NCBI GenBank assembly: GCA_963713975.1
Contig: OY970218.1
Coordinates: 2,720,001 to 2,784,000, forward strand
Direction: 5' to 3'
DNA: 64,000 nucleotides
Source: an uncultured Chloroflexia bacterium
GTDB lineage: Bacteria; Chloroflexota; Limnocylindria; Limnocylindrales; CSP1-4
Under the pieces are notes generated by a model that made no database searches, was not told the DNA's origin, and saw only the letters and a program-made list of their open reading frames with translations. The position numbers and the translations under genes are program-made. This document shows positions 38,342-47,022 of the stretch, piece by piece (the first letter of the stretch is position 1; the number at the start of each line of letters is the position of its first letter).

Positions 38342-40714
38342 ATGACGCTGGAGGCACAGAAGCCCACGACCACCGAGGAAGTCGGCGGGATGGGCCATTC
38401 AAAGAAGCGCATAGAGGACCCGCGCTTCATCCGGGGCCAGGGCGAGTACATCGAGGATGTCGTCCTGCCCAACATGGTGTGGATGGACATCGTCCGCAGC
38501 CCGTACGCTCACGCGAGGATCAAGTCGATCGACGCGAGCGAGGCCCTGGCGATGCCGGGCGTCCTCGCCGTCATCACGGGCAAGGACCTCGAGAAGGCGG
38601 GCCTCCGCTGGATGCCCACGCTCGCCGGCGACAAGCAGATGGTGCTCCCGGTCGACACGGTGATGTACCAGAGCCAGGAGGTCGTGGCGGTGATCGCAGA
38701 GACCCGCTACCAGGCGGCAGACGCGATCACCGCGGTCTACGTGGACTACGAGCCGCTGCCGGTGATCGTCGATCCGTTCAAGGCGCTCGAGCCGGATGCG
38801 CCCGTCCTTCGGCCCGACCGCGGCGAGGACAAGCAGAACAACCACATCTGGCATTGGGAATCGGGAGATCGGGCCGCCACCGACGCTGCCCTCGCCGCCT
38901 CGGACAAGGTCGTCCCGATCGACGTCTACATCCCTCGCATCCACGTCGCCTCGATCGAGACCTGTGGCTGCATCGCGGACTACGATCCCGTCCGCGCGCA
39001 CCTCGACTTCCACGTGACGAGCCAGGCGCCGCACGTGTATCGCACGGTCATCAGCCTTGTGTCCGGCATCCCGGAGAGCAGCATCCGCGTCAAGACGCAC
39101 GACATCGGCGGCGGCTTCGGCGGCAAGGTGCCGGTGTATCCGGGCTATGTCATCGCGATCGTCGCCTCGCTCACGCTGGGCCGCCCGGTCAAGTGGATCG
39201 AGGACCGCAGCGAGAACCTTCAGGCCGACAGCTTCGCCCGTGACTACCACGTGCACGCTGAGATGGGCCTCACCAGTGACGGCACGATCACGGGCCTGCG
39301 GGTCAAGACGCTCGCCGACCACGGCTACACCGACGCTGCCGCGGACCCGTCGAAGTACCCGGCCGGCCTGTTCAACGTCATCACCGGCTCGTACGACATG
39401 CCGCAGGCGTTCGTCGAGGTCGATGCCGCGTACACGAACAAGCCACCCGGCGGCGTCGCCTACCGCTGCTCATTCCGCGTCACGGAGGCCGTCCACACGA
39501 TCGAACGCCTGGTCGATGAGGCCGCCCGCGTGCTGGACATGGATCCGGCCGCGTTCCGGATGAAGAACTTCATTCGCAAGGACCAGTTCCCGTATCACAC
39601 GCCGACCGGGTGGGAATACGACTCGGGCGACTACCACACGGCGCTACAGAAGGCGCTCGACATGATCGGCTACGACGAGCTTCGCAAGGAGCAGGCGGAG
39701 AAGCGTGCCCGGGGCGAGCTCATGGGCATCGGCATCAGCTCCTTCACCGAGATCGTCGGCGCCGGCCCGTCCCATGAGTTCGACATCATCGGCATCAAGA
39801 TGTTCGACTCGGCCGAGATCCGGGTGCACCCGACGGGGTCCGCGATCCTCCGCCTCGGCGTCCAGAGCCAGGGACAGGGCCACGAGACCACGTTCGCCCA
39901 GATCGTGGCCGAGGAGCTCGGGATCCCGATGTCGAAGGTCAAGGTCGAGGAGGGCGACACGGACACGGCGCCCTACGGCCTCGGCACGTACGCCTCACGA
40001 TCCACGCCCACCGCCGGTGCCGCGACCGCCATCGCCGCCCGCAAGATCCGGGAGAAGACGCGGCACCTCGCCGCACACCTCCTCGAGTGCTCGCCCGACG
40101 ACCTCGAGTGGACGCCCGGCCAGTGGAGCGTCAAGGGTTCTCCGGACCGGTTCAAGACGATCGCCGAGCTCGCATTCGCCGCCTACACCAACCATCCACA
40201 GGGGATGGAGGCCGGCCTCGAGGCCACCGACTACTACGACCCGCCCAACCTCACCTTTCCGTTCGGGTCCTACATCTGCGTCGTCGACATCGACAAGGGG
40301 ACGGGGCAGGTCGATATCCGACGCTTCGTGGCCATCGACGACTGCGGCAACATCATCAACCCGATGATCGTGGACGGGCAGATCCACGGCGGCCTGACGA
40401 TGGGCCTGGCCCCGTCGTTGTACGAGGAGATCTCGTACGACGAGAACGGCAACAACCTCGCCGGGACGTTCATGGACTACCTCCTGCCGACGGCCATGGA
40501 GACGCCGGCCTGGGAGACGGGCAAGACGATCACGCCTTCGCCGCACCACCCGCTGGGTGCGAAGGGAGTCGGGGAGTCGGCCACGGTCGGCGCCCCGCCC
40601 GCGATCGCCAACGCGGTCGTCGACGCGCTCGCTCATCTCGGCGTGACCAACGTGGACATCCCGATCACCCCGCAGAAGGTGTGGCGGATCCTCCACGAGA
40701 AGGGCGTCGTCTAG
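38342..40714 (+). CDS. coxL: Aerobic CO dehydrogenase large subunit, form I
   Basis: Diagnostic VAYRCSFR motif (AYRCSFR at 39458-39478); GGGFGGKVPVYPGY; M-S-L gene order. Confidence 0.96.
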   Translation: MTLEAQKPTTTEEVGGMGHSKKRIEDPRFIRGQGEYIEDVVLPNMVWMDIVRSPYAHARIKSIDASEALAMPGVLAVITGKDLEKAGLRWMPTLAGDKQMVLPVDTVMYQSQEVVAVIAETRYQAADAITAVYVDYEPLPVIVDPFKALEPDAPVLRPDRGEDKQNNHIWHWESGDRAATDAALAASDKVVPIDVYIPRIHVASIETCGCIADYDPVRAHLDFHVTSQAPHVYRTVISLVSGIPESSIRVKTHDIGGGFGGKVPVYPGYVIAIVASLTLGRPVKWIEDRSENLQADSFARDYHVHAEMGLTSDGTITGLRVKTLADHGYTDAAADPSKYPAGLFNVITGSYDMPQAFVEVDAAYTNKPPGGVAYRCSFRVTEAVHTIERLVDEAARVLDMDPAAFRMKNFIRKDQFPYHTPTGWEYDSGDYHTALQKALDMIGYDELRKEQAEKRARGELMGIGISSFTEIVGAGPSHEFDIIGIKMFDSAEIRVHPTGSAILRLGVQSQGQGHETTFAQIVAEELGIPMSKVKVEEGDTDTAPYGLGTYASRSTPTAGAATAIAARKIREKTRHLAAHLLECSPDDLEWTPGQWSVKGSPDRFKTIAELAFAAYTNHPQGMEAGLEATDYYDPPNLTFPFGSYICVVDIDKGTGQVDIRRFVAIDDCGNIINPMIVDGQIHGGLTMGLAPSLYEEISYDENGNNLAGTFMDYLLPTAMETPAWETGKTITPSPHHPLGAKGVGESATVGAPPAIANAVVDALAHLGVTNVDIPITPQKVWRILHEKGVV

Positions 40715-40718
40715 CCCG

Positions 40719-41786
40719 ATGCCGAGCCGGAGCCTGGCGCCGCGAATCGCCGTGCTTGAGGCGGAGGGGAGCCGCTTTGCCGTCGCCACCGTGGTGGCGG
40801 TCCAGCGACCCACGTCGGCCAAGCCGGGCGCTCGGGGCATCGTCCACCCGGACGGCACGATCGAGGGCTGGGTCGGCGGCAGCTGCGCCCAGCCCGTCGT
40901 CGTCCGCGAGGCGCTCCGCGCGCTGGTCGACGGCCAGCCGCGGCTCCTGCGGCTCTCGAAGTCCGGGCCCGCGGAGGGCCGCCGGGCGGACGGGATCGTG
41001 GAGCTGGTCATGACCTGCCACTCCGGCGGGACCCTGGAGATCTACGTGGAACCGCACCTGCCCGCACCCCAGCTCTGGCTCGTCGGGACAACGCCGATCG
41101 TGGGGGCGCTCGCGTCCCTCGGCGGCGCTGCCGGCTGGCGGGTGGCCGTCTTCGATCCGGAAGCCGACAACGATGCGTTTCCGGGCGCCGAACGCGTCCT
41201 CCAGGAGACCGCCCTCGCGCGATTCGAGACCGACGCCGCGCCGTACGTCATCGTCGCGACCCAGGGGATCTGGGACGAGGAGGCTCTCCGCTCGGTGTTC
41301 CGGCGCGACGTCTCGTACGTCGGGCTCGTTGCCTCGCCGACGCGTTCGCAGCACGTGCGCGCGTGGCTGCGCGACGAGGGCAAGGTCAGCGACGAGCGTT
41401 TGGCCGCGCTCCGGGCGCCGGCGGGCCTCGACCTCGGCGCGGAGACGCCCGAGGAGATCGCGATCTCGATCCTGGGCGAACTCGTCCAGGTGCGGCGCGG
41501 CAGGGCGCCGTTCGTCGCCGCTCCCGGGCCCGCGACGCTGGCTGGTGACGTCGGCACCGCCGCCCATGAGACCATCCTCCAACCGGTCCTGGACGACATC
41601 GTCCTGCTGGATCCCGTGTGCGGGATGACCGTGGATCGCGCCCGAGCTCGCCACCTCGCCGAGCACGAGGGTGTCGTCTACGCGTTCTGCCGCATGGGCT
41701 GTCGGACCGCATTCATCCAGGAGCCGGGCGCGTACATCCCGGGTCCCTTCGCACCCGTCCAGCCCACCACCACCCAGAGGGCCTGA
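40719..41786 (+). CDS. XdhC/CoxF-family protein fused to a C-terminal YHS domain
   Basis: GWVGGSCA, MTCHSGG, PAGLDLGAETPEEIA; DPVCGM...YAFCRMGC..AF. Confidence 0.9.
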   Translation: MPSRSLAPRIAVLEAEGSRFAVATVVAVQRPTSAKPGARGIVHPDGTIEGWVGGSCAQPVVVREALRALVDGQPRLLRLSKSGPAEGRRADGIVELVMTCHSGGTLEIYVEPHLPAPQLWLVGTTPIVGALASLGGAAGWRVAVFDPEADNDAFPGAERVLQETALARFETDAAPYVIVATQGIWDEEALRSVFRRDVSYVGLVASPTRSQHVRAWLRDEGKVSDERLAALRAPAGLDLGAETPEEIAISILGELVQVRRGRAPFVAAPGPATLAGDVGTAAHETILQPVLDDIVLLDPVCGMTVDRARARHLAEHEGVVYAFCRMGCRTAFIQEPGAYIPGPFAPVQPTTTQRA

Positions 41787-41809
41787 CGGCCCCCTCCTCG
41801 GAGACGCCA

Positions 41810-42253
41810 ATGCAGTTCTCGGGTACCGTCCAGATCGCTGCGCCGCGCGACCGCGTGTGGGACTTCCTCATGGACCCGAACCAGGTCGGCTCGTGCGGGC
41901 CGGGCGTCGAGTCGACCGAGGTCATCGACGCGGACCACTTCAAGGCGAAGGCGAAGGTCGGGGTCGGGTTCATCTCCGCACGCTTCGTCGTCGAGATGAC
42001 GGTCGCCGAGCGCAACCAGCCGGATCTCGCGGTGCTCAAGGCGCATGGCCAGGCGCCCGGCTCCGCGGTCGATGCCACCGCCAACATGGCCCTCGCGGGC
42101 CCCGCTGAGGGACCCACGACCATGGACTGGTCGGCGGACGTCATGATCTCGGGGACGCTCGCCTCGGTCGGCGCACGTATGATCGAGGGCACCGCGAACA
42201 AGATGATCGGCCAGACCTTCGACTGCATTCGCGCGAAGCTCGAGGCTGGCTGA
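41810..42253 (+). CDS. coxG: CoxG (SRPBCC) family protein
   Basis: MQFSGTVQIAAPRDRVWDFLMDP..VG.C.PG; GTLASVGARMI. Confidence 0.9.
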   Translation: MQFSGTVQIAAPRDRVWDFLMDPNQVGSCGPGVESTEVIDADHFKAKAKVGVGFISARFVVEMTVAERNQPDLAVLKAHGQAPGSAVDATANMALAGPAEGPTTMDWSADVMISGTLASVGARMIEGTANKMIGQTFDCIRAKLEAG

Positions 42254-42305
42254 GCCTTCGTCCGCGGCCCCTGAAGGTCTCAGCCTTCCCGCCGCCGATC
42301 CCCGG

Positions 42306-42551
42306 TCAGCCGTCGCGGCTGACGAGCCAGTGGGAGGTGTGCTCGAGCGCTTCCTCCACGGTGCGGACCACCTCGACCGTGGCGTCCGGGTAGCCCGCCT
42401 CCCGCAGGAGATGCTGGACCTGTGCGCCGGCCGCGGCGCCGTCGGCGACGTCGCTCGCGTGGACCTCGTCGCGGGCGCGCTCGAACGCCTTCACGAACTC
42501 CGGGTCGTCCCACGGGTCGATCCGGGCCTTGATGTTCATGGCGGTGGACAT
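42306..42551 (-). CDS. Small hypothetical protein
   Basis: GGAGG RBS; 81-aa ORF with normal codon bias. Confidence 0.65.
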   Translation of the reverse strand: MSTAMNIKARIDPWDDPEFVKAFERARDEVHASDVADGAAAGAQVQHLLREAGYPDATVEVVRTVEEALEHTSHWLVSRDG

Positions 42552-42657
42552 GCGCGGTCACCTCCAGACCCGAGTCTGCCCGATTGCGGCCGGGGCCGCC
42601 AGAGCCGGACGTCCCTTGGGACATCATCTACCGGGTCCAGCGTGCGACACTCGCCCC

Positions 42658-42822
42658 ATGGAGCATCTGCACGCCGTCATCGGCCCGCTCGCGACCAACG
42701 TCTACATCCTCGCCGATCCACGAACGCGCGAGGCGATCGCGATCGATACGGCCACCCCCAGCCTGGCCTGGATCGCGGACGAGCTGGTGGAGCGCTCCTG
42801 GACGCTCAAGCTCATCGTCAGC
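42658..42822 (+). pseudogene. 5' fragment of an MBL-fold hydrolase gene
   Basis: MEHLHAVIGPLATN...LKLIVS; homology stops just before THGH. Confidence 0.85.
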
Positions 42823-43485
42823 CCGAGGGTCCGGTGTCTAGTTGTACCGGCGACCGCCTCAGAACGGAAGCCGTCCCTCGCGCTTGACCAGCTCCATCCA
42901 CGTCCGCTCGTGGCCGATCGTGGTGGCCGCCCCATGGCCGGGCAGCACCCGGAGGCGTTCCTCGAGCCCGCTCAGGCGGGCGATCGATTCCGCCATCGCC
43001 TCCGCTGAGCCACCCGGGAAGTCCACCCGGCCCCAGCCGCCCGGGAACAGGGTGTCGCCGCTGAACAGCAGGCCCTCGTCATCGTTGAGCAGGCACACGG
43101 AGCCTTCGGTGTGGCCGGGTGTATGGAGCACCCGCAACCGGATCTCGCCGAACCGGACCTCGCCGCCCTCGGCCAGCTCCACCGCCGGCACGGACGGGAC
43201 GATGTTGAACGGCGCGTAGAGGGGCTCCGGCTTGAGCAGCCGGTAGGCGTCATCGGGGTGGACGGCGATGTCGGCCCCCGTGTGGGCCGCGACGGCGGCG
43301 TTGTCCCCCACGTGGTCCCAATGCCCGTGGGTGCTGACGATGAGCTTGAGCGTCCAGGAGCGCTCCACCAGCTCGTCCGCGATCCAGGCCAGGCTGGGGG
43401 TGGCCGTATCGATCGCGATCGCCTCGCGCGTTCGTGGATCGGCGAGGATGTAGACGTTGGTCGCGAGCGGGCCGATGACGGCGTG
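42670..43485. repeat. 153-bp perfect inverted repeat (arms 42670-42822 and 43333-43485)
   Basis: Base-by-base reverse-complement identity. Confidence 0.95.
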
Positions 43486-43497
43486 GATCCGGTCCAT
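42859..43497 (-). CDS. MBL-fold metallo-hydrolase (glyoxalase II/YcbL-like)
   Basis: THGHWDH, HTPGHT.GS, LFSGDTLF, LPGHG..TTIG.E. Confidence 0.93.
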   Translation of the reverse strand: MDRIHAVIGPLATNVYILADPRTREAIAIDTATPSLAWIADELVERSWTLKLIVSTHGHWDHVGDNAAVAAHTGADIAVHPDDAYRLLKPEPLYAPFNIVPSVPAVELAEGGEVRFGEIRLRVLHTPGHTEGSVCLLNDDEGLLFSGDTLFPGGWGRVDFPGGSAEAMAESIARLSGLEERLRVLPGHGAATTIGHERTWMELVKREGRLPF

Positions 43498-43616
43498 ATC
43501 GGTGCCAGTGTGGCATGCCCCATGGCCCGCCCACGCCACCCGCAACGTGCGAGATCCCGTCGAGGTCGGCCCGCCGCATCCTGTGGCCGTCTCGGGGGCT
43601 GTGCAGACTCACTCCT

Positions 43617-43713
43617 GCTCCCACGCCGCTCATCCCGCTCCCACGCCGCTCCCCCGCTCCCGGGTTCCTGATCCCCTCGGCGGAGGGCGGCTGATCCCCT
43701 CGGCGGAGGGCGG
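43617..43713. repeat. Two short intergenic tandem repeats (about 20 bp x2; 23 bp x2 with hairpin)
   Basis: gctcccacgccgctc twice; ctgatcccctcggcggagggcgg at 43668 and 43691. Confidence 0.85.
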
Positions 43714-43925
43714 TATTCCACTGGGGAATGCCGAACGGCCGTGGCGTGCTTGGCCGGCCCTCGGATTGGACATCTCGCCGGGGTCGCCACGCTCGTGGAG
43801 ACCGGTCGCCATGACGGACCGGAATACCGCCGGCGGCGCCGGCCACGCCTCGGCTCCGGGAAGTCGTCCGTCCTGGCGGCTGCCTCCCGCCGGGCCCTCC
43901 GGCGAGGAACGGCCCGGAACGGAAT

Positions 43926-44543
43926 CTACTGCAGGAGGCCGATCAGCTCCGATGCGATCGTCTCGTCCTTCGACTGGACGCCATACATGACGTCACCGAC
44001 CGCGAAGATCCAGAGGTCGCCGAGCGGATTGGACGCCGGCGATACGAGCCGGGTGACGGTCCGCCCGCCCAACGTCACCGACGACGATGACAGGCTCTCA
44101 CCGGTGGCGACCGCGTCTCCCGCGTAGGCGTCGACGAGCTTCTGGCCGTCGATCCCGCCACCCGCCATGACGATGAGGTTGAAGGTCGTCGTCTCGCCCG
44201 TGCTGGCATAGGCGAATCCCATCTTCGTATGGTCTCCACCTGCGGCATCGACCAGCGGGAAAAGGGCTGGGCCCGCTCCCGACTCCGAGATGCCGGCGGC
44301 ATCCATGCTGAAGGTCATGACCGGTTCACCGCGAAACGACGTGGGCAGGAGCGCTTCGAGCTCCGGCGCACCGTGGAGGATGTCCGACGTCGATGGGCTC
44401 GGCACGGCGACCGACGGGGCCTCTGTGGGTGTCGGCGACGCCGTCGCGGCCGGCGTGGCGACCCCTGGGCTGGCCGCACCGCCGCCGCAGGCAACGAGAC
44501 CGACGAGCAGGACCGGGCCGAGGGCGAGCGCACGCAGGGTCAT
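43926..44543 (-). CDS. Hypothetical lipoprotein
   Basis: Lipobox LVAC, Pro/Ala/Thr linker, PELEALLP motif. Confidence 0.75.
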   Translation of the reverse strand: MTLRALALGPVLLVGLVACGGGAASPGVATPAATASPTPTEAPSVAVPSPSTSDILHGAPELEALLPTSFRGEPVMTFSMDAAGISESGAGPALFPLVDAAGGDHTKMGFAYASTGETTTFNLIVMAGGGIDGQKLVDAYAGDAVATGESLSSSSVTLGGRTVTRLVSPASNPLGDLWIFAVGDVMYGVQSKDETIASELIGLLQ

Positions 44544-44649
44544 CGAGGATGGTCTCCAAGCGGAACCCCCCGGCGGCATCTCCGGGCGGAGGTGGGATGT
44601 CCTTCTTCCGACCGTCTCGGTCGCGGCCGTTTGAACAACTCTAGTATGG

Positions 44650-44940
44650 ACGCACGGGCACTGGGACCATGTGGGCGACAATGCCGCCGTCGCGGGCGAC
44701 ACAGGGGCGGACATCGCCGTCCACCCCGATGACGCCTACCGGCTCCTCAAGCCGGAGCCCCTGTGCGCCCCGTTCGACCTCGTCCTGTCCGTGGCGGCGG
44801 TGGAGCTTGCGGAGGAGGACGAGGTCCGGTTCGGCGAGGACCGCCTGCGGGTGCTGCCCGGCCATGGGGCAGCCACCACGATCGGCCACGAGCGGACGTG
44901 GATGGAGCTGGTCTGCGACCAGGGCCAGCTTCTGTCCTGA
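44650..44940 (+). pseudogene. 3' relic of an MBL-fold hydrolase gene with an internal deletion
   Basis: THGHWDHVGDNAAV...RLRVLPGHG...; the roughly 60 codons between the two RLRVL motifs are missing. Confidence 0.85.
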
Positions 44941-44986
44941 CGGCGAGCCCGAGTTGTACCCGAGCGGAAGTCCGGGCTCGAACCCG

Positions 44987-46003
44987 TCAGATCCCGGTGC
45001 TGCCGGATCGCCAACCCTCGGGCGCGGGCCGGTCCACGGGGCGACCATACGCCTCCCATCGGCGGACGACGGTGAACCCGAGGCCATCGTAGAGTTGCAC
45101 TGCGCCGGTGGGGTTTGCACCGTCCACGCCCAGCCACGCCTCGTCCATGCCTCGCTCCCGAAGGACGCCGAACGAGGACGCGCACAGTGCCTTGGCCAGC
45201 CCGCGGCCCCGCCACGGCCGGCGGACCGACACGTGCTCCAGCCATGCGCGCCGGATGCCGAGCTCGGCGTTCTCGTCGCTGAAGATCGCGTTCATCACGA
45301 CGCCGGCGACCTCCTCACCGTCCCAGGCGACGCACCACAGCGAGGTGTCCGAGTCGGGTCCGTGGAAGCGCACCGCGAAGTCGGCCTGCTCCGGCGGACG
45401 GTTGCCCCAGTGGTCCTCGAAGGCCTCGTTGTCGGCGTCGAAGATCGCGCGGTGCTGGGCCTCGGTCACGGGACGCAGCTCGAGGCCGTCCGGTAGCGGG
45501 CGAACCGGCAACTCACCGGTCAGGAAGCGCCGCATCTCGAACCCGTACCTGACCGGCACGTAGCCCTCGGCCTCGAGCAGCGCGATCGAGCCACGCTCCT
45601 GCTCCATGGCGTAGGAGCGCAGCTCGCGTGTGCCGGCCCTCGGGTCGTCCGCGAGCTCGATCGTCAGGCGTGCGCGGGTCGTGCGGGCGAGCGCCGTCCC
45701 GATGCCGCGTCGCCGGTGGTCCGGGTGGACCTCGCCCCAGCCCTCGCCGACAAGCAGGCCGTCCCGCTCGACGCGATACCCGTACGCGAATCCGACGACC
45801 GTTCCCGCGATCTCGGCGAGGAGGACGTCCCGGGCGAGCCGGAAGCTGTCCGAGTCCGGGTGCTCGCCGGCGAGCGTCGCGCCCGTCTGGACCTCGTCGA
45901 GGCCGTCCGCCCGGCGGGCGGCGTTCTGGACCCCGGCCATGGCGTCCCAGTCGGCCGAGGTCGCGTTGCGGAGCACCAGGCCTTCAATCTCCAGGTCGGT
46001 CAT
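44987..46003 (-). CDS. Tandem-domain GNAT acetyltransferase
   Basis: VHPDHRRRGIG and VRRPWRGRGLAKAL...LGVD..N..GA..LY..LGF. Confidence 0.9.
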   Translation of the reverse strand: MTDLEIEGLVLRNATSADWDAMAGVQNAARRADGLDEVQTGATLAGEHPDSDSFRLARDVLLAEIAGTVVGFAYGYRVERDGLLVGEGWGEVHPDHRRRGIGTALARTTRARLTIELADDPRAGTRELRSYAMEQERGSIALLEAEGYVPVRYGFEMRRFLTGELPVRPLPDGLELRPVTEAQHRAIFDADNEAFEDHWGNRPPEQADFAVRFHGPDSDTSLWCVAWDGEEVAGVVMNAIFSDENAELGIRRAWLEHVSVRRPWRGRGLAKALCASSFGVLRERGMDEAWLGVDGANPTGAVQLYDGLGFTVVRRWEAYGRPVDRPAPEGWRSGSTGI

Positions 46004-47022
46004 GATCGGGGGGCCTCGGGCTCGAAGGGCTTGCGGTAGGCGGTGCTGCCCGAGACCTTGCGGAACCCGCAGGACTCGTACAGGGTAAGGGCCCGATTGT
46101 GATTGTCGGTGTCCACGCCGAGGTACGCGGAGCCGATGCCCTCGGCGCGGAGGAGCGCAAGGCTTCGGGCGATGGCCGCCCTCGCCAGGCCGCGGCGGCG
46201 GTGCTGCGGGTGGGTGGCGACGGCATCGAGCAGCCCCCGACGCGTTCCGTCCGGCGCGGACTCCACGATGTTGCATACAACCGCGGCCGGGCGCTTGCCG
46301 GCCCAGGCAACCACCACGAGGTCCCGGCGGAACCGGGGATCCTCGATCCACTCCTCGATCCGGTGGTCCTCGGCTTCGTACTCGCCCCAGTGCTCGGCGA
46401 ACGCCTCGACCATCATCTCGTGGACGGCTGCCAGGTCGCCGTCGCCCGGGGCGCCCAGCCGGTAGCCCTCCGCCACCACGACGCCGGGGAGGTCGTCCAT
46501 GTGCGGCCGGAGCATCTCCGCGTCCCATCGGACGGCCGTGTAGCCCAGGCTGTCGAGCGCGTCCGTGAGCTCGACGTCGCCGTGGAATGCGTAGTTGGCG
46601 AAGTGCGCAACCCGGTCACTCGGGTGTTCCTGCGCCATGACGCGCGACCGAGCCTGGCCCCAGCGTATGAACGTGGCGGCGATGCCCAGCCCCCACGCGG
46701 AGGGGTCGACCAGGGCCGTGAGGTCATAGATCCGGTCGCCGTCGGCGAGATCGTGCCACTCGGCGCGGGCGTAGCCCAGGGTCACGCCGTCGCGCTCCAC
46801 GAGGATGCAGTCGGTGACCGGGTCGGAGTTGACGAGGTGGGTGTAGTGGTGGCGCATCGCCTCGAGGTCGATCGGCTCGACCACGCCGACCCGGAGGCGG
46901 AGTGCGGCGTTCGCGGCCGTCATGCCGGCCAGGTCCTCCAGGCCAGCCCAGCGTCGGAAGCTGAGGTCGCCACGGGACGATGGCACCGGCATGCCGGTGG
47001 CCCCGGTCTCGGTCGTGGTCAT
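46000..47022 (-). CDS. Tandem-domain GNAT acetyltransferase (paralog of the neighbouring gene)
   Basis: AFAEHWG, HRRRGLARA, LGVDTDN..AL.LYESCGF. Confidence 0.9.
   Translation of the reverse strand: MTTTETGATGMPVPSSRGDLSFRRWAGLEDLAGMTAANAALRLRVGVVEPIDLEAMRHHYTHLVNSDPVTDCILVERDGVTLGYARAEWHDLADGDRIYDLTALVDPSAWGLGIAATFIRWGQARSRVMAQEHPSDRVAHFANYAFHGDVELTDALDSLGYTAVRWDAEMLRPHMDDLPGVVVAEGYRLGAPGDGDLAAVHEMMVEAFAEHWGEYEAEDHRIEEWIEDPRFRRDLVVVAWAGKRPAAVVCNIVESAPDGTRRGLLDAVATHPQHRRRGLARAAIARSLALLRAEGIGSAYLGVDTDNHNRALTLYESCGFRKVSGSTAYRKPFEPEAPRS

Larger units (their letters stand above)
42837..44645. mobile_element. Candidate 1.8-kb insertion bounded by TCTAGT direct repeats; no recombinase inside
   Basis: TCTAGT at 42837-42842 and 44640-44645; removing the segment rejoins the split MBL gene in frame. 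Confidence 0.4.

Noticed and set aside
43500-43925. Riboswitch (cobalamin, SAM or TPP) in the long intergenic region
   Set aside because: No conserved core motifs were recognisable on either strand.
42859-44940. MBL gene and relic as a DGR template/variable pair
   Set aside because: Mismatches are not adenine-specific and many are synonymous; there is no reverse transcriptase in the window.
44962-44986. Minus-strand CGGGTTCGAGCCCGGACTTCCGCTC resembling a tRNA-Gly 3' end or att site
   Set aside because: The T-stem pairs poorly, there is no CCA or 5' half, and it is explainable as part of a hairpin between convergent genes.
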